Shown in pieces: positions 24,988-37,699 of a stretch of 64,000 nt of DNA. Positions within the stretch are counted from its first letter, which is position 1. Each line of letters starts with the position of its first letter. The notes under the pieces were generated by a model, which worked only from the letters and a program-made list of their open reading frames with translations, had not been told where the DNA came from and did not search any database. The stretch is taken from assembly GCF_963921235.1 (NCBI RefSeq), contig NC_086097.1:213468001-213532000 (forward strand), given 5' to 3'. This stretch comes from Mobula hypostoma. Lineage: Eukaryota. The position numbers and the translations under genes are program-made.

Positions 24988-25522
24988 TAACCATATAACA
25001 ATTACAGCACGGAAACAGGCCATCTCGGCCCTTCTAGTCCGTGCCGAACTCTTACTCTCACCTAGTTCCACCGACCTGTACTCAACCCATAACCCTCCAT
25101 TCCTTTCCCGTCCATATATCTATCCAATTTAACTTTAAATGACAACATTGAACCTGCCTCAACCACTTCTGCTGGAAGCTCGTTCCACACAGCTACCACT
25201 CTGAGTAAAGAAGTTCCCTCTCATGTTACCCCTAAACTTTTGCCCTTTAGTTCTCAACTCATGTCCTCTTGTTTGAATCTCCCCCACTCTCAATGGAAAA
25301 AGCCTATCCACGTCAACTCTATCTATCCCTCTCATAACTTTAAATACCTCTATCAGGTCCCCCCTCAACCTTCTACGCTCCAAAGAATAAAGACCCAACT
25401 TGTTCAACCTTTCTCTGTAACTTAGGAGGTGAAACCCAGGCAACATTCTAGTAAATCTCCTATGTACTCTCTCAATTTTGTTGACATCTTTCCTATAATT
25501 CGGTGACCAGATCAGTACGCAA
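24988..25522 (-). mobile_element. CR1 3' fragment, well preserved
   Basis: ORF WSPNYRKDVNKIERVHRRFTRMLPG...TRGH...NFFTQ; tail aaccatat repeats. Confidence 0.9.
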
Positions 25523-25647
25523 TCACCAAATATGACCAAAAACTTAAAAAGATAGGTTACCCATTTGCAATTGGTGCAAGTTTGAAATTATCAACCAAAT
25601 GTTGCTACTTCCACATTTGACATTTTTTCATCTGCTATATTTTCCAG

Positions 25648-25767
25648 AAACGCCGTTCTAGTCGACAAGTAAAAAGAAAACGATATACAGAGGATTTAGA
25701 GTTTAAGATATCCGATGATGATGATGCAGGAAAGGATTCTCCATTAAACACTTCACAATCAGAACAG
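25648..25767 (+). CDS. CHD7: CHD7 coding exon (~exon 5): [40 protein letters not shown]
   Basis: ttttccag| ... |gtatc; [23 protein letters not shown] and DSPxNTSQSEQ match CHD7 as recalled; 120 nt, phase 0-0. Confidence 0.93.
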
Positions 25768-25995
25768 GTATCTATCTTATATAATTAACCACTAACTGTT
25801 TAAATTTTAGTTTTAATAATGTAAATGCTTTTTGTGTGTTTAATTGTGTATTTCAGTTTATTCTATCTTGGCATGAGTGAACTGATGAGGAAAAAGTTGT
25901 CATTTTATGAGTTAAAATCACTTCCAACTTCCAACTTTTATATTCATTGTCTTGAGTTATGAAGGCCAGTGTGCCAAAAGCCTTCACTATTGCGA

Positions 25996-26255
25996 CACCA
26001 TGGTGGCATAGCGGTTAGCTCGAGAGTTCTTTTCCGGCACCCTCTGTAAGCAAGCTTGTATGTTCTTTCCCGTGTGCGTGTGGGTTCCTTGGTTCTCGGT
26101 TTCCTCCCACAGTCCAAAGACCTACAGTTAGTTTAATTGGTCATTATAAATTCTCCCATGATTAGGCTAGGGCTACATTGGTGGGCTGCTGGGCGGCATG
26201 GCTCAAAGGGCTGGTAGGGCCTATTCCACACTGTATCTGAATAAAAAAAATAAAA
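25996..26255 (+). mobile_element. tRNA-derived V-SINE with CR1-like tail
   Basis: A-box tggcatagcggtt; V-domain ggtttcctcccacagtccaaagac; A-rich end. Confidence 0.75.
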
Positions 26256-29200
26256 TTATCTCTTGACATACTATAGAATTTTAACCTGACTTCTGCTCTA
26301 TTCACTTAAAAAAAATAGTATTTGTCACTGTACAGATACACACAATCTCAAAAATTGGCAGCTTGCCAGATCTAACATTATCAGGAAGAGGATACAAGTA
26401 CAAGAACATTGAGGATTTGAGTACAGGAATATTCAGTTGTATTGCTCCTTGGTGGGGCTGTGTGTGGAATATTGTGTACAGCTCTGCTTTCCCTATATAA
26501 GGCGATATACTTCAGGGCTGCTGGGTGTTATAAGGGTTGGGGTGCAATTTAGACAGGATTGACTGTTATAATTTTTATGTACATTCTGTAAATATTGAAT
26601 GTAAATATGGTAATGCCTTTTTAAATAGGATGTATATTTGTGATAGAGAAACAAGAGTTTGGTATCCATGAAACATCTCGATCCTCAATTTCTACATATA
26701 TTGAATGAGTTAACAAATTTTTAGATATTTTGGATAGAATTAATGCAGGAAGGAAATGCTAAGGTGAAGAATTGGGCATGATCTTAATGTTTTCACCATG
26801 CATGATGAGTGGAAAAATCACTTCCAGCTAGTGTTTCTTAAAAGAGTTTAGTTGACTTAAAAGTACTACCTGAGGGTGCAGTAAGTCATCCAGGATTTGA
26901 TCAGAGAAAACTGGACCAATTTGCAGTTGGTTCTCAAACCTTTTTGGTTGAAAGTTTTCTTTTAAAAGGATTAATAATCTGGGAACACCCCCATCAAGTT
27001 ATAATGTTACTTGTATACTAAAGTTATGTAAAGATTTTAATACTTTTAAATGTGCCCTTTCAATAACATCCCTTTGTCATCAAGTGGTATTTTCTTATCT
27101 AGAGCTAAATTTTGCATTGAAGCAAGAAGTCATCTCTTGCCAGGTTTTGTTGCTACTATAAGAAATTAATGTAGACCTTAGTATTAAACTTGGTTGAATG
27201 ATTCTTAAATTAACACTTAAAATAAATTATCATTGAATTGCACATATAGAGTTCGGAGATGAGATCTTTAGATTAGGGAAGAATTGAAATAAAGGCAGGA
27301 GAGGGAAGGAAGTGATGGCTGCTAATGTGAAGGAAAGGGAGATGTTCAAAAAAGAATACAGGAAGAAAGGATGTGATAGAGGATATCTTCCATATTCTGT
27401 CTCTTCATCACATGGGTGGGTACGAAGGTGAAGGTCAGAGTTGATTACTTCAGGTGAATGCAAGGGTTAGGGTATGTCAGGAATCTGTGGGAAGGTGTAT
27501 GGTTGGCCAACCATCTGTTTAAGGATAAATGTGGTCAAGCAGCTCCTATAGCCCTATTGAAATCTGCGGCAGAGGGAAGAAGGAGGGTCTATCAAGGGCT
27601 GGAAACAATTAGTTATTTGGTTTGTATATCTACAACATGGCCACTGATTGAGACAGGTAAATGGTACTCCATAGTGACACTTGGTGGCCAGCATTTGAAA
27701 GTACAAAAAAAATTCCTGGGATTACATTGCTGTTAGCTGTACATGTTTTAGCTAATGTCAACCTTGTAATTGGAGTTACAAATACTGCATTTAAATTAAC
27801 AATTTAAGCACACAGTTTATCAATTTAGAAATAAAACTTGAATAATTACAGATGTTCGAATGTCAATGTGAATGTCGAATGTCAACAGGTGGATCTCCTG
27901 TAATGGCATTTAAAATGGGCATGTCTTCTCTTTTCCTGTCTCTATACCACATTTTCTTTCGTAACCTAAGACTTCTGCTTAATTTTCTTTTTTTCCTTTT
28001 TAAGCCGTCCAGTCTTTTAAAACTTATTCTGAGTGAGAATGTGCTTACTTTTCCAGTGAGTTTACAGGATTTTAGAGACTGCATTGATAGTAATGTTTAA
28101 ATGCTTTTAGGTGCCTGCTGTAGATAGTTCCGATCTCAAAAGCATATAATAGGGCACTAATTCAAGCGTCTAAATCTGGTGTTTTTTATCTTCATATATA
28201 CTTTGCCTCATTTGACTAAATGCTGTGCAGGTGCATTGAAGACCCTATAAATTTTATAAGTGATATTTGCCTTTTCTAAGAGTGGTCCATATCTTTGTAG
28301 TCTTCCCATTAACCAATATCATTTGAGGGGTTTGTGATACAGTGTGCGAAGATTGATAGAGAATCTCTGTGTTACAGGTGTAGAGTACATACAAATACAA
28401 TTGCTGGCAATATGCTTAACATATGATAACCCTTAGAGGGTTTTTGTAATAGTTGAAGATTGGGAAAGGTGCTAATGCAACTTTATTTTGTTTTGTCATC
28501 TTTTGAGGGCTTTTTTTTATGCCTCTGCTATTTCTGTTTGCATCAGGTTTATCTTAACTGTAATTTCAAATTGGAATTAGGAAAAAATACTAAATTTATA
28601 ATGCCATTGGTGGCTGTTTTTCTGTCAAATCCTGGAGATGCCTCATTGGTATATTGATAGAGCTGTGTCAAACCTCAGTTTCACTCTTTCTGACCAATTT
28701 TCCCAAACCCTATTGTGCTTTTTTGTTCCTGGCTCTAAAGAAAAATATGAAAATGTTGCAACTAAGATTTCTGTAAACAAAGTGGAATGAATGTTTGATC
28801 TTTTGTTGCTGGTCAAGGGCTTGGCCTGTAATTTCCTGCTCACATGAGCATACTTCACAGCACTGTTTACTTTAGAAAGGAGCTGAAATCTGTAGCTAAT
28901 TAATGCAATGCAATTGTGCTATGTTTGGTTTATCTTTTAGTCTTAACTGCTTACTGAAATTTCGGAAGTGTGATATTAAAATAATATTAGCAAAACCACT
29001 GAATATTTTAGAATATAATTGTCCATGGCAGTTTCTCAATGCACTGTTGAGATTTCTTTGCATTGTGTATGTCTTAATTCCTGTGCTTTTAAAATCCCAT
29101 GCAGTAAGTACAACACCTATAGTAAATTCATTAAAAGTTCTCTTGAAATTGTTACTTTTTCTTGGAGTATTGCTAAGCAAGTTTACAAGATATTTTGTTT

Positions 29201-29575
29201 GCAAACCACTTCCTTAAAGAACTACTGCAATATGCAAATTTTGCAAGTGAACCATCTGTCTAGAGCTAACAAGTGAAACAAATTGGCATTATGATAAATA
29301 TTACTGGTTTTAAATCATTAATGTGTGCAAAATATAAGGTCTGGAATTAAACAGCTTACTTTGACCTAATTAACAGTGCACCACTTTGGTTTCCATTTTC
29401 TAAATTTTAATTGTCCTTGCCCTATATCTATTTGATATCTGTTTACTGGGAGTGCATTCAGCTAAATTTTTTTCAGGTGATGCTTCTGTGAGGTTACTTG
29501 TAGGGAGCGTGCAAATATAGCAAATGATTGGACGTCAAAGATGTGCACAATTGATATTAAAATTTGTCTTTTTAG

Positions 29576-29635
29576 GATGCGTCAACTGGTCCGGTTACTG
29601 AGAAGATCATGAGTATGCGAATAGTGAAAAAAACA
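29576..29635 (+). CDS. CHD7: CHD7 coding exon (~exon 6): DASTGPVTEKIMSMRIVKKT, start of chromodomain 1
   Basis: ctttttag| ... |gtaag; GPVxEKIMSxRxVKK; 60 nt, phase 0-0. Confidence 0.9.
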
Positions 29636-30393
29636 GTAAGTGTTAAAAAGCCTTAAGGTGCAGTATCTAGGTTGTAATTGACATGTAGCTCTTTCCCTAA
29701 TTCTCACTTTTCAATCTGTATTATAGGCATTTGAATTGTTAGTAACAGCTGGTGGCCATGTAACAGTAGCAATATAGAATTTGAGCATATTAAAATCCTT
29801 TGGCGGCTGTTGATTATGTGGATTGACTGCAATTTAGTATTTGAATGGTTGGCCCTGAACTGGAAAATGATCAGTGTGAAATGTACTTATTCTGCAAAGA
29901 ATACATAATTCTGTTTGAGTTATAAATTTTCCTTGGTAGGGGCTCTATTTTAAATTCCAACACATTTTGAGATTAGTTTTCAAGATTGCCAACAATAATA
30001 CTTGTGGCTTCCAGTAGTGCAGCTGTAAACTGGCTGCTGCCTCAGGAAATGGTACATTTGGCATCTGCTTAACACTGTGGGTTTGGCAGGAAGCCAGGTC
30101 GAGGTCAGGTTATTGTGAATGGAGTAGCTGGTGGTTAAGGAGGAGATAAAATGATTCATGAGTTGGTTGACACAGTAAGCAGAGTAGTTGGAATTGATAG
30201 CTTTTTTTCAGGGTATTGCAGGGGAAAAAGTAATCTCCGCCAAAGGAAACTTTTGGTGTTCTTTTCTTTCTAATTCTACTTAAGTACATTACAACTGCGT
30301 CCCTAACCACTTCATGGTGGTGAAGTGTCTGGAGACTTAAATGACAAATGGTTTGTGTTGACATTGGGTTCTAAAATGTGCTTGTGATTTCAG

Positions 30394-30449
30394 ACCGAGT
30401 CTGGAGAAGAAGTTGAAGTAGAAGAACTATTTGTTAAATACAAAAACTA
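30394..30449 (+). CDS. CHD7: CHD7 coding exon (~exon 7): TESGEEVEVEELFVKYKN(Y)
   Basis: tttcag| ... |gtaag; 56 nt, ends in phase 2; chromodomain VKYKN motif. Confidence 0.92.
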
Positions 30450-30980
30450 GTAAGTATGTTGGTGGATTCATTTTAAAACTGGATCGAACTGCAGCGCAAA
30501 GATTATAAATTATTTACTTTGATACCCATGAGGGTTACTACTGCCCTGCATAGATTTTGAAAGGCACTAAATGGAAAATAAAGTGCCCTCTTTCTCAATT
30601 AGTGTTCCTTTCAACATTGTCATCAAAGCCTTTGTCTTTTTACTAAGGAACTGCACATTTTGTATTTCTGAGTCTTGCCCAGTTATCTGCTATATGATTT
30701 TCATTAACAGCTTAAAGAATTGCAAATAAACAGGAAGGAAATAGACTAATGAAAATGCAGGAAATAAACAAGTAGCAACAGATTAAAAAATAAAGCTTCA
30801 GTAGCAAGCTAATTGTCAAGCGAAGGGAGACAAATTAAATTAGTGAAAGGAATTAAAATATTTTAAAATTGAACATCTTGTCGATAACTAGAAATGGGAA
30901 TATTAAAGGTGTAACATTCCAACAAACTTTAATAATATAAAATGTAATAGACCATCCGACAAGAGTTAAGAAAAGAATGA

Positions 30981-31750
30981 ACTTCAAAGTTCAAAGTAAA
31001 TTTATTATCAAAGTGCATATATGCCACCATATACAACCATGACATTTTTTTGCAGACGCGCTCAATAAAACCAATAACCATGACAGAATCAATGAAAGAC
31101 TGCACCAACCGGATGGACAAACAACCAATGTACAAACAACCAATGTACAAAAGACAGATTGTGCAAATACAAAAAGGAAAAAAAAAGTAAATAAGCAATA
31201 AATATCAAGAGCATGAGATGAGTCCTTGAAAGTGAGTTTCTAGGTTGTGGGAACAGCTCAGTGATAGGGCAACTGATGTATACCCTCTCGTTCAAGAGCC
31301 TGATTATTGAGGGGTAATAACTGTTCTTGATCCTGGTGGTGTGGGTCCTGAGGCTCCAGTACCACCTTCCTGATGGCAGCAGCAAGAAGAGAGCTTGACC
31401 TGGGCAGTAGGGGTCCCTGATAATGAATGCTGCTTTCCAGTGACAATGCTCTGTGTAAATGTGTTCAGTGATGAGCTGCCTTTACCTATGATGGACTGGG
31501 CTGTGTCCACTACTTTTTGTAGGCTTTTCTGTGCAAGGGGATTGGTGTTTCTATACCAGGCCATGATGAACCAGTCAATATAGTTTCTACTACACATCTA
31601 TAGAAGTCAGTCAAAGTTTTAGATGACATGCCAAATTTTCGCAAGCTTCTGAGAAAGTAGAGATGCTGTTGTGCTTCCTTCAAAATCGCAGTTGTATGCT
31701 GCACCCAGAACAGATCCTCTGAAGTTATAACACTGAAGAATTTAAATTCC
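30981..31750 (-). mobile_element. Rex1/Babar 3' fragment
   Basis: FKFFSVITSEDLFW...LYFLRSLRKFGMS; LLPSGRWYWSLRTHTTRIKNSYYP. Confidence 0.85.
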
Positions 31751-33062
31751 TCTACAACGGTTGCCATGAATTGAAAGTAGATGTCCAGCATCTCACTATT
31801 CTGCATATGATAAAAATAGACTTACTATTTGACTATACTTTCCACAAAGATATTCATTCAATGTTTTTACCACTGATTTGTAACATGATGATTACATCCT
31901 AGTTCAGAGTGAAAAGGTTTAAGATGTCAACAGGTACAGAATTGTGCAAATATCATCATTTGCCATTTGCGCCTGTAATTTATAAATGCACCAATACAAA
32001 TATGCATGTTATTGTGGAACTTATTGATCCCTACAATGCATAATAGATTCTCTTTTTTTTTAATTCATACATCAGTGTGTATGGGTAAAACTTCCAAATA
32101 TATTTATGGTGATATGCATGATGTACAGCCTTACCCTTCCCAAATTATTTGAAGTTGTTGGCTTTCTGCCCTACCCTTCAGGATTTTATGTCAAAATGGT
32201 ATTGCATGGAGTGTTTAAAAAAAAAATTATTTTGAAGTAAATGATTTCCTATACTCTGGGAAGCCAAGAGACTGGCAATCTATAGTGCACTTTAAGTGTA
32301 GTGGTTTGTTTTTGTTTCATATGACACTGAATCCACAAGTTCTACATAATTTATACTCTTGACTGTTTGTAGTCCAGAGCTTTCTATGTCTTTTTGAAAT
32401 TACTCGTTGGCAGTGCTATAAAATGAGGAAGACCAGTGCATTTGTATAGTTGATATCTGTACTAAATGAAATTTATTTTAAAAATTCAGCTACTGAAAAT
32501 CTGAAATTGACAAAATGTTGGGGATAGTCAACCGGTCAGCCTGCATCTGTGGAAAGAGAAACTGTTAATATTTCTGGTTGAAGAGCCTGATTTCTAACAA
32601 AGTTTCTTCCACTTGAACTGTTAACTGTTTCTTATTGCATTGATGTTTCCAAAATTATCTGATTTTATTATGTGCACTAAACATATAAACATTAGTTGAG
32701 GGCAGTATGTCATTTGTATTGTGACATTTGTATGGACTGACTTCTTTGCAGACCAGTTGATTGATACTCATCTATTTCTTGAGTTGGGAATAACTACTAC
32801 CAACGACTGGCCATGGGGCAACTTATCAAGGGGCACTGTAGAATTATACCTTTCAATTGAGTCTCTGCTCAGATCTAAAATTAAATCTAGACTTTGATCT
32901 GCATGTCTCTTACAAAAGAATAGTTATTTTACTCAGTACTTTGCCATTTAGTCGGTCAGGCCTAATTTTGCTTTGTCCACATAGATTTATGAGCAAAAAC
33001 AAATAGAATTATTTCTGCAAAAGATGTTTTTGCATTTTCCTCAGTCAAATTAACTGTTGAAT

Positions 33063-34700
33063 TGCACAATGCAAAATACCTAAGATGCTGGAATCTGAAA
33101 TTTGACAATGTTCAGGTCTGACAGTGTCTGTGGAGGGAGAAAATGGTAGTGTTTCAACAGAACTGGGAGAGTTGCAGAGGAGCGGCGAGGGTCTAGAAGA
33201 GAAGTGGAATTCAATGATTGGTTGGAGGCTAGAAGAAGTTGAATGGCTCTGGTGTTATTAGCTGAAGGAGAATTGTAAAGGCAAGTTATTAATGAGAGGT
33301 TTGTCTACAGGGATGTGAATGGAGAAGTTAAATTGAAATATGATTTTGCCAGAAGAAGAGAAAACAGAATAAAAATGAGATGGCAAATTAAAAATGACTG
33401 GAAATTGAACAGTCAGGGTCATTCATATGGACTAATCAGGTATTTTCCACAACAATCAACTGTGTTTGGTAGATTCAGAAACAATTTAATTTTCTAGTCA
33501 CAGGAAGGGAAGTTGTAAAAGAATAGGTGTTAATTCATCTGTAATTATGTTGGAAGAAATGGTGACATGGGTATCTCTTGTGCAAGACCATCCTGGAGGG
33601 AAGTGCCTCTTCAAAATGATGCAGGGTGGTGGTGATGTGCTTTGTGCTGGCATTGACATGGGGACGGTAAAACATAACTGAAATCAGCTGATGAAGCTAA
33701 AAATGAGGATAAGTGGATCCTTATTTTTGTTCTAGGTAGAATCAACAGAACTGCAGGAAATGGAACAGATGCAGTTGAGATAAAGACATTATGGAGGCAC
33801 CGGTGTGGAAAATTTTACTTTCTGAATAGATGCAATGGAGAATGTAATGGAATCCTTGCAGGAAGCAGGGTGGGAATCTGTGAGCACATAGTGAATATTG
33901 GATCACCCACAAAGGAGAGGGAGGGAAGAATTAGAAGTGCATCCATCACATGCAAAAATGAGAACAGGGTGAAAATTGGCAGCAAAGGTGTTGGAAATTT
34001 TTGAGTTCCATTGAAGGGCAGAAATAGTTATAGTCATCAATGCACTGGAATAAAATTGGGATGGGGTGGATAGGTACTGAGTGTGATTGAAAAAACATTC
34101 CACATGTTCCGCAAAGATTCATAGCCTTACAAGGTATACAAGATATTAAGAGGAGTAGATAAAGTGGATAGCCAGTGCCTCTTCCCCAGGGCACCACTGC
34201 TCAATACAAGGGGACATGGCTTTAAGGTAAGGGGTGGGAAGTTCAAGGGGGATATTAGAGGAAGATTTTTTTTTACTCGGAGAGTGGTTGGTGTGTGGAA
34301 TGCACTGCCTGAGTCAGTGGTGGAGGCAGATACACTCGTGAAGTTTAAGAGACTACTAGACAGGTATATGGAGGAATCTAAGGTGGGGGCTTATATGGGA
34401 GGTAGGGTTTGAGGGTTGGCACAACAATGTTCTTACTTGCATGCACATCCCCAAAGCTACGCTACATATTTAGAGGAAATGAGTGGAGTTAAAGGGGCAG
34501 TTTTCAATGAGAAGTTCAGCCAAGTTAGAGGGTGGTCTGTTTTGAGAAAGGTGTGAAGGGTTCTCGAGCAATTCTGGAACAAGGTATTGTGGTTTGGCCA
34601 TCCGTCCCGAAAGTGAACTGGTTAAATCCAGAAGAATTGTAAATTCAGTGCATCAGAGATGTTGTAACTGCAGGAAGGATGAGATCAGATCAGGAATTTA
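33063..34700 (-). mobile_element. Old, heavily decayed PLE remnant, interrupted by a CR1 tail
   Basis: gatgctggaatctgaaa tail at ~33085 followed by purine-rich PLE-like body; weak. Confidence 0.4.
34150..34427 (+). mobile_element. CR1 3' fragment
   Basis: LFPRAPLLNTRGHGFKVRGGKFKGDIRGRFFFTRRVVGVWNALP. Confidence 0.85.
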
Positions 34701-34704
34701 TTTT

Positions 34705-34876
34705 CACAAGACAAAATCTGTAAATGCTGGAAATCCAAGCAACACGCACAAAATGCTAGAGGAACTCAGCAGGCCAGACAGCAAAAGGGTCTTGGCCTGA
34801 AATGTTGACTGTACTTTTTTCCAAAGATGCTGCCCAGCTTTCTGAGTTTCTGCAGCATTTTGTGTGTGTTGCCAAA
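34705..34876. mobile_element. Fold-back (inverted pair) PLE-derived insert
   Basis: 10-bp TSD aatttatttt (34695-34704, 34877-34886); left arm is the reverse complement of the right arm; partial hammerhead gggtcttggcctGAAAtgttgactg. Confidence 0.78.
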
Positions 34877-35707
34877 AATTTATTTTATTGGATAAGAGAA
34901 GGCTGAAATATTGGGTCTTGCTAAACAGTCCTGCTTTAGATCTTTAGGTGGAGGTAAAAGCAAGCTGTGTGATTGGGGGACTGTGGCTGAAGGCTGTAGA
35001 GAGGTCATATCTAGTGAGAATGTGGTCAGTAACCAGCTGCCAGATGTGGTGGGTTCATGGTATGGAGGGAGCAAGTGTAATGACTGGCATTTGGACTCTA
35101 CAAGGTAGGGGTTTCCCAAACTACAGCTGCACCACTGTCAGCAGGTTGGTCTGTGGCACAGCCCTGGAGTTTTGGGAGGTAGATAGGGTGGGGTAGGTGT
35201 GAGTACATGGAATGGAAAAATACTCAGTGTTGGGTTCACATTTTACAGTCATAAATCTGGGAAAGAGTTAGAGGCAAGAGAAAAGGGATCCAGGAACTGT
35301 GAAGGTTCGGAATGGTTTGTAATGGAAGTCGCCTAGCTACAGAATCAATATTTTAGTGGAAAGGTTGGAGGGTTTGTGAAGGAGTGAACTGAGTTTCAAT
35401 TATGGGGGGGTTGGGAAGAGTTGAAAATGGGCAATATGTGAGTGGATCTCATTGACATCAAGGCAGCATTTGATTGCTTAGCATGATGGATATTAAGTTA
35501 AAATTGAATTCTCCACTGAGGAATCATGTCTGCACTAAATAAAAGTGAAGATGATTGTATAAATTGGATGTCATTCATTTAAGCTCAAGCATATTTCTGC
35601 AGTTCTCCAGTATGTTATGCTAGGCAAAGCCAATAGTGATCTTCCCTCTGTCATAATGGCAGAAATAAAGATAATTTATTATATTATGATATAGATGATT
35701 GCAGTTG

Positions 35708-35945
35708 CTTAGAGATACAGCACAGTAACAAGCCCTTCTGGCCCAATAAGCTTGTGCTGCCCAGTTACACCCATGTGACCAATTAACTGACTGACCCATA
35801 CATCTTTGGAATGTGGAAACTGGAGCACCTGGAGGAAACCCACGCAGTCACAGGGCAAACGTACAAACTTATAGGCAGTGATGGAATTGAACCTGGGTTA
35901 CTGGAGGAATAATAGCGTAATGCTAGCTGCTATATTGCTGTGCCT
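35708..35945 (-). mobile_element. V-SINE
   Basis: tctttggaatgtggaaactggagcacctggaggaaacccacg reverse V-domain; ggaattgaacc B-box. Confidence 0.75.
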
Positions 35946-36904
35946 GCCCTGTTTTATTAAATTTCATTTGCAATTCCAAGTACTAAAACAATATGCTTGG
36001 GCTGAAGAATTGGAAGTAACATTCATATCATACTAGTGCCGCCCAACTAACTTGTCTTAATATTCAAACAATCTCTCCTGAACCTTCAATGACTGGCACT
36101 CCTCCATTTAAAATCTAGGACTTAATTGGGACACTACATACTTTTCAGCTGTGAATACAGGTCATATACTTGATGGTTTGTATTCACTCAGTTCATAACT
36201 CCCCAAAACTATTCCCACCATCTAGAAAGCACAGTTCTTGAATGTTGATTGATTACTCTGAATTTATCGCATCAATGCAACTCCAACAATCCTGGCAACC
36301 TCAATTTTTGAAACTAGCTATTTCATTGGCATCCATTCCCTACCCTGAATGTTAATCCTTCCCACCAATTCATTGAAACTGAAATATTTTTACTGGTTCA
36401 TTGTACAAGCATGTTGCAAGGCTGCTTTGATCATGCCCTTAAACTTGCGACTACAATTTTAGAATCACAGAAGCGGAAAGTGGTGGTCACACAAATTCTT
36501 TCCTGACATACTGGACAAATATTCTGGAACTCTACCAATTATCACTGAAGTATCAAACCAGGTGGATTGCCGCATTTCAAGGTTGCTCAGGTGCCAACAC
36601 TTTCCAAATCCTATGAAAAAGGAAAAAAAATAGTCGTGGCATTCTGAAAAGTAATTCTCTGTATAGACTGTTATGTTGCATTAATTTGATTATGCACAAG
36701 TATTTTTGAACCTTTGTTCTATTGCATTTCAGAGGAATTAAAATATTAACCCTTCCCCTACCCCACCAAAGGCAAGTATAATTGGGTTGTTCATGCTTCT
36801 TGCTTCAATGTAATAATTGAAGTATTCATAATTTTGGTGATGTGATTTCTAAATGTTTTTTTTCTTTTACCATCCTATCCCCTCTCCTCAACCACACTCT
36901 TCAG

Positions 36905-37022
36905 CTCCTACCTTCATTGTCAGTGGACCACTGTGGAGCAACTGGCAAAAGACAAGAGAATCCATCAGAAGATTAAACGCTTCAAAGCAAAGCAAGCACA
37001 AATGAATAAGTTTCTCACTGAG
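36905..37022 (+). CDS. CHD7: CHD7 coding exon (~exon 8): (Y)[39 protein letters not shown]
   Basis: Long pyrimidine tract, ttcag| ... |gtcag; SYLHCxW chromodomain-1 motif; 118 nt. Confidence 0.93.
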
Positions 37023-37699
37023 GTCAGGATTTTATTTTCATAGATTAGTAAATTTATCTTTGTGTTGCTCAAATCGTTTTCTAAGGCATTTTCAATTTTC
37101 ATGTTCTTGTTAATCCATGCACTTGTATGTTTTCTTTTTGAATTTTTCTATTCAGTAAGCTTTCTTCATGATCTAGGCTCCACCCCAACTCATTGTTTTG
37201 TTTTACTTGTCGTCCTCTGTCTGCATTGCCTGACTTTTACAGTACAACTCTCATTTTCTTGCATTGTTGCCTACCTTTCCTAGTCTATTTCTTTTCCCTC
37301 TTTTTTTTTCTTCTTTTGCCCTGAGCTTCTTGCCTCCCCCATGCTTTCTCTTGACTCTTTGCATTCACTGTCGTGTATAATCTTTTGGTGACCTGAATGT
37401 GTTGCACAGCTCCTCTGAAATACTTAGCCACATTTTCCCCTTTTAGTGCCTTTCCTCCATGGCATTAAGCCATGTCTTGATTCTAGTCACTTTAAAGATA
37501 AATAGTTGGACATTTTCAAAAGTTTTTCTTAGCATTTTCTTTTCACTTTTTGTTTTCTTTGTTCATATTACTTTATCTACTTATTTTTAACAGTGACAAG
37601 CAAGCTGGTATGGTGGAAGTGTTGATATTTTTAGTGAATTGCCAACCCTTTTTGAACACTGGCTGGTTTTACTTTTTATTAACTTCAATTTCAAGACTA

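Noticed and set aside
25768..25778. Donor gtatctatctt as a U12-type 5' splice site
   Set aside because: Deviates from GTATCCTTT, and no TCCTTAAC-like branch site precedes the next acceptor.
25996..26060. tRNA-like A/B boxes (also 60790-60850, 35880-35945)
   Set aside because: SINE heads; no complete cloverleaf.
27851..27886. gaatgtc/aatgt short tandem repeats and the lysine/arginine-rich ORF 27863-28084 (-)
   Set aside because: Short simple repeat; the ORF is the reverse of a T/C-rich tract with no family signal.
29232..29239. Octamer ATGCAAAT
   Set aside because: Single 8-mer, expected by chance in 64 kb of AT-rich DNA.
31118..31150. 15-bp tandem duplication caaacaaccaatgta
   Set aside because: Ordinary slippage inside a Rex1 3' UTR.
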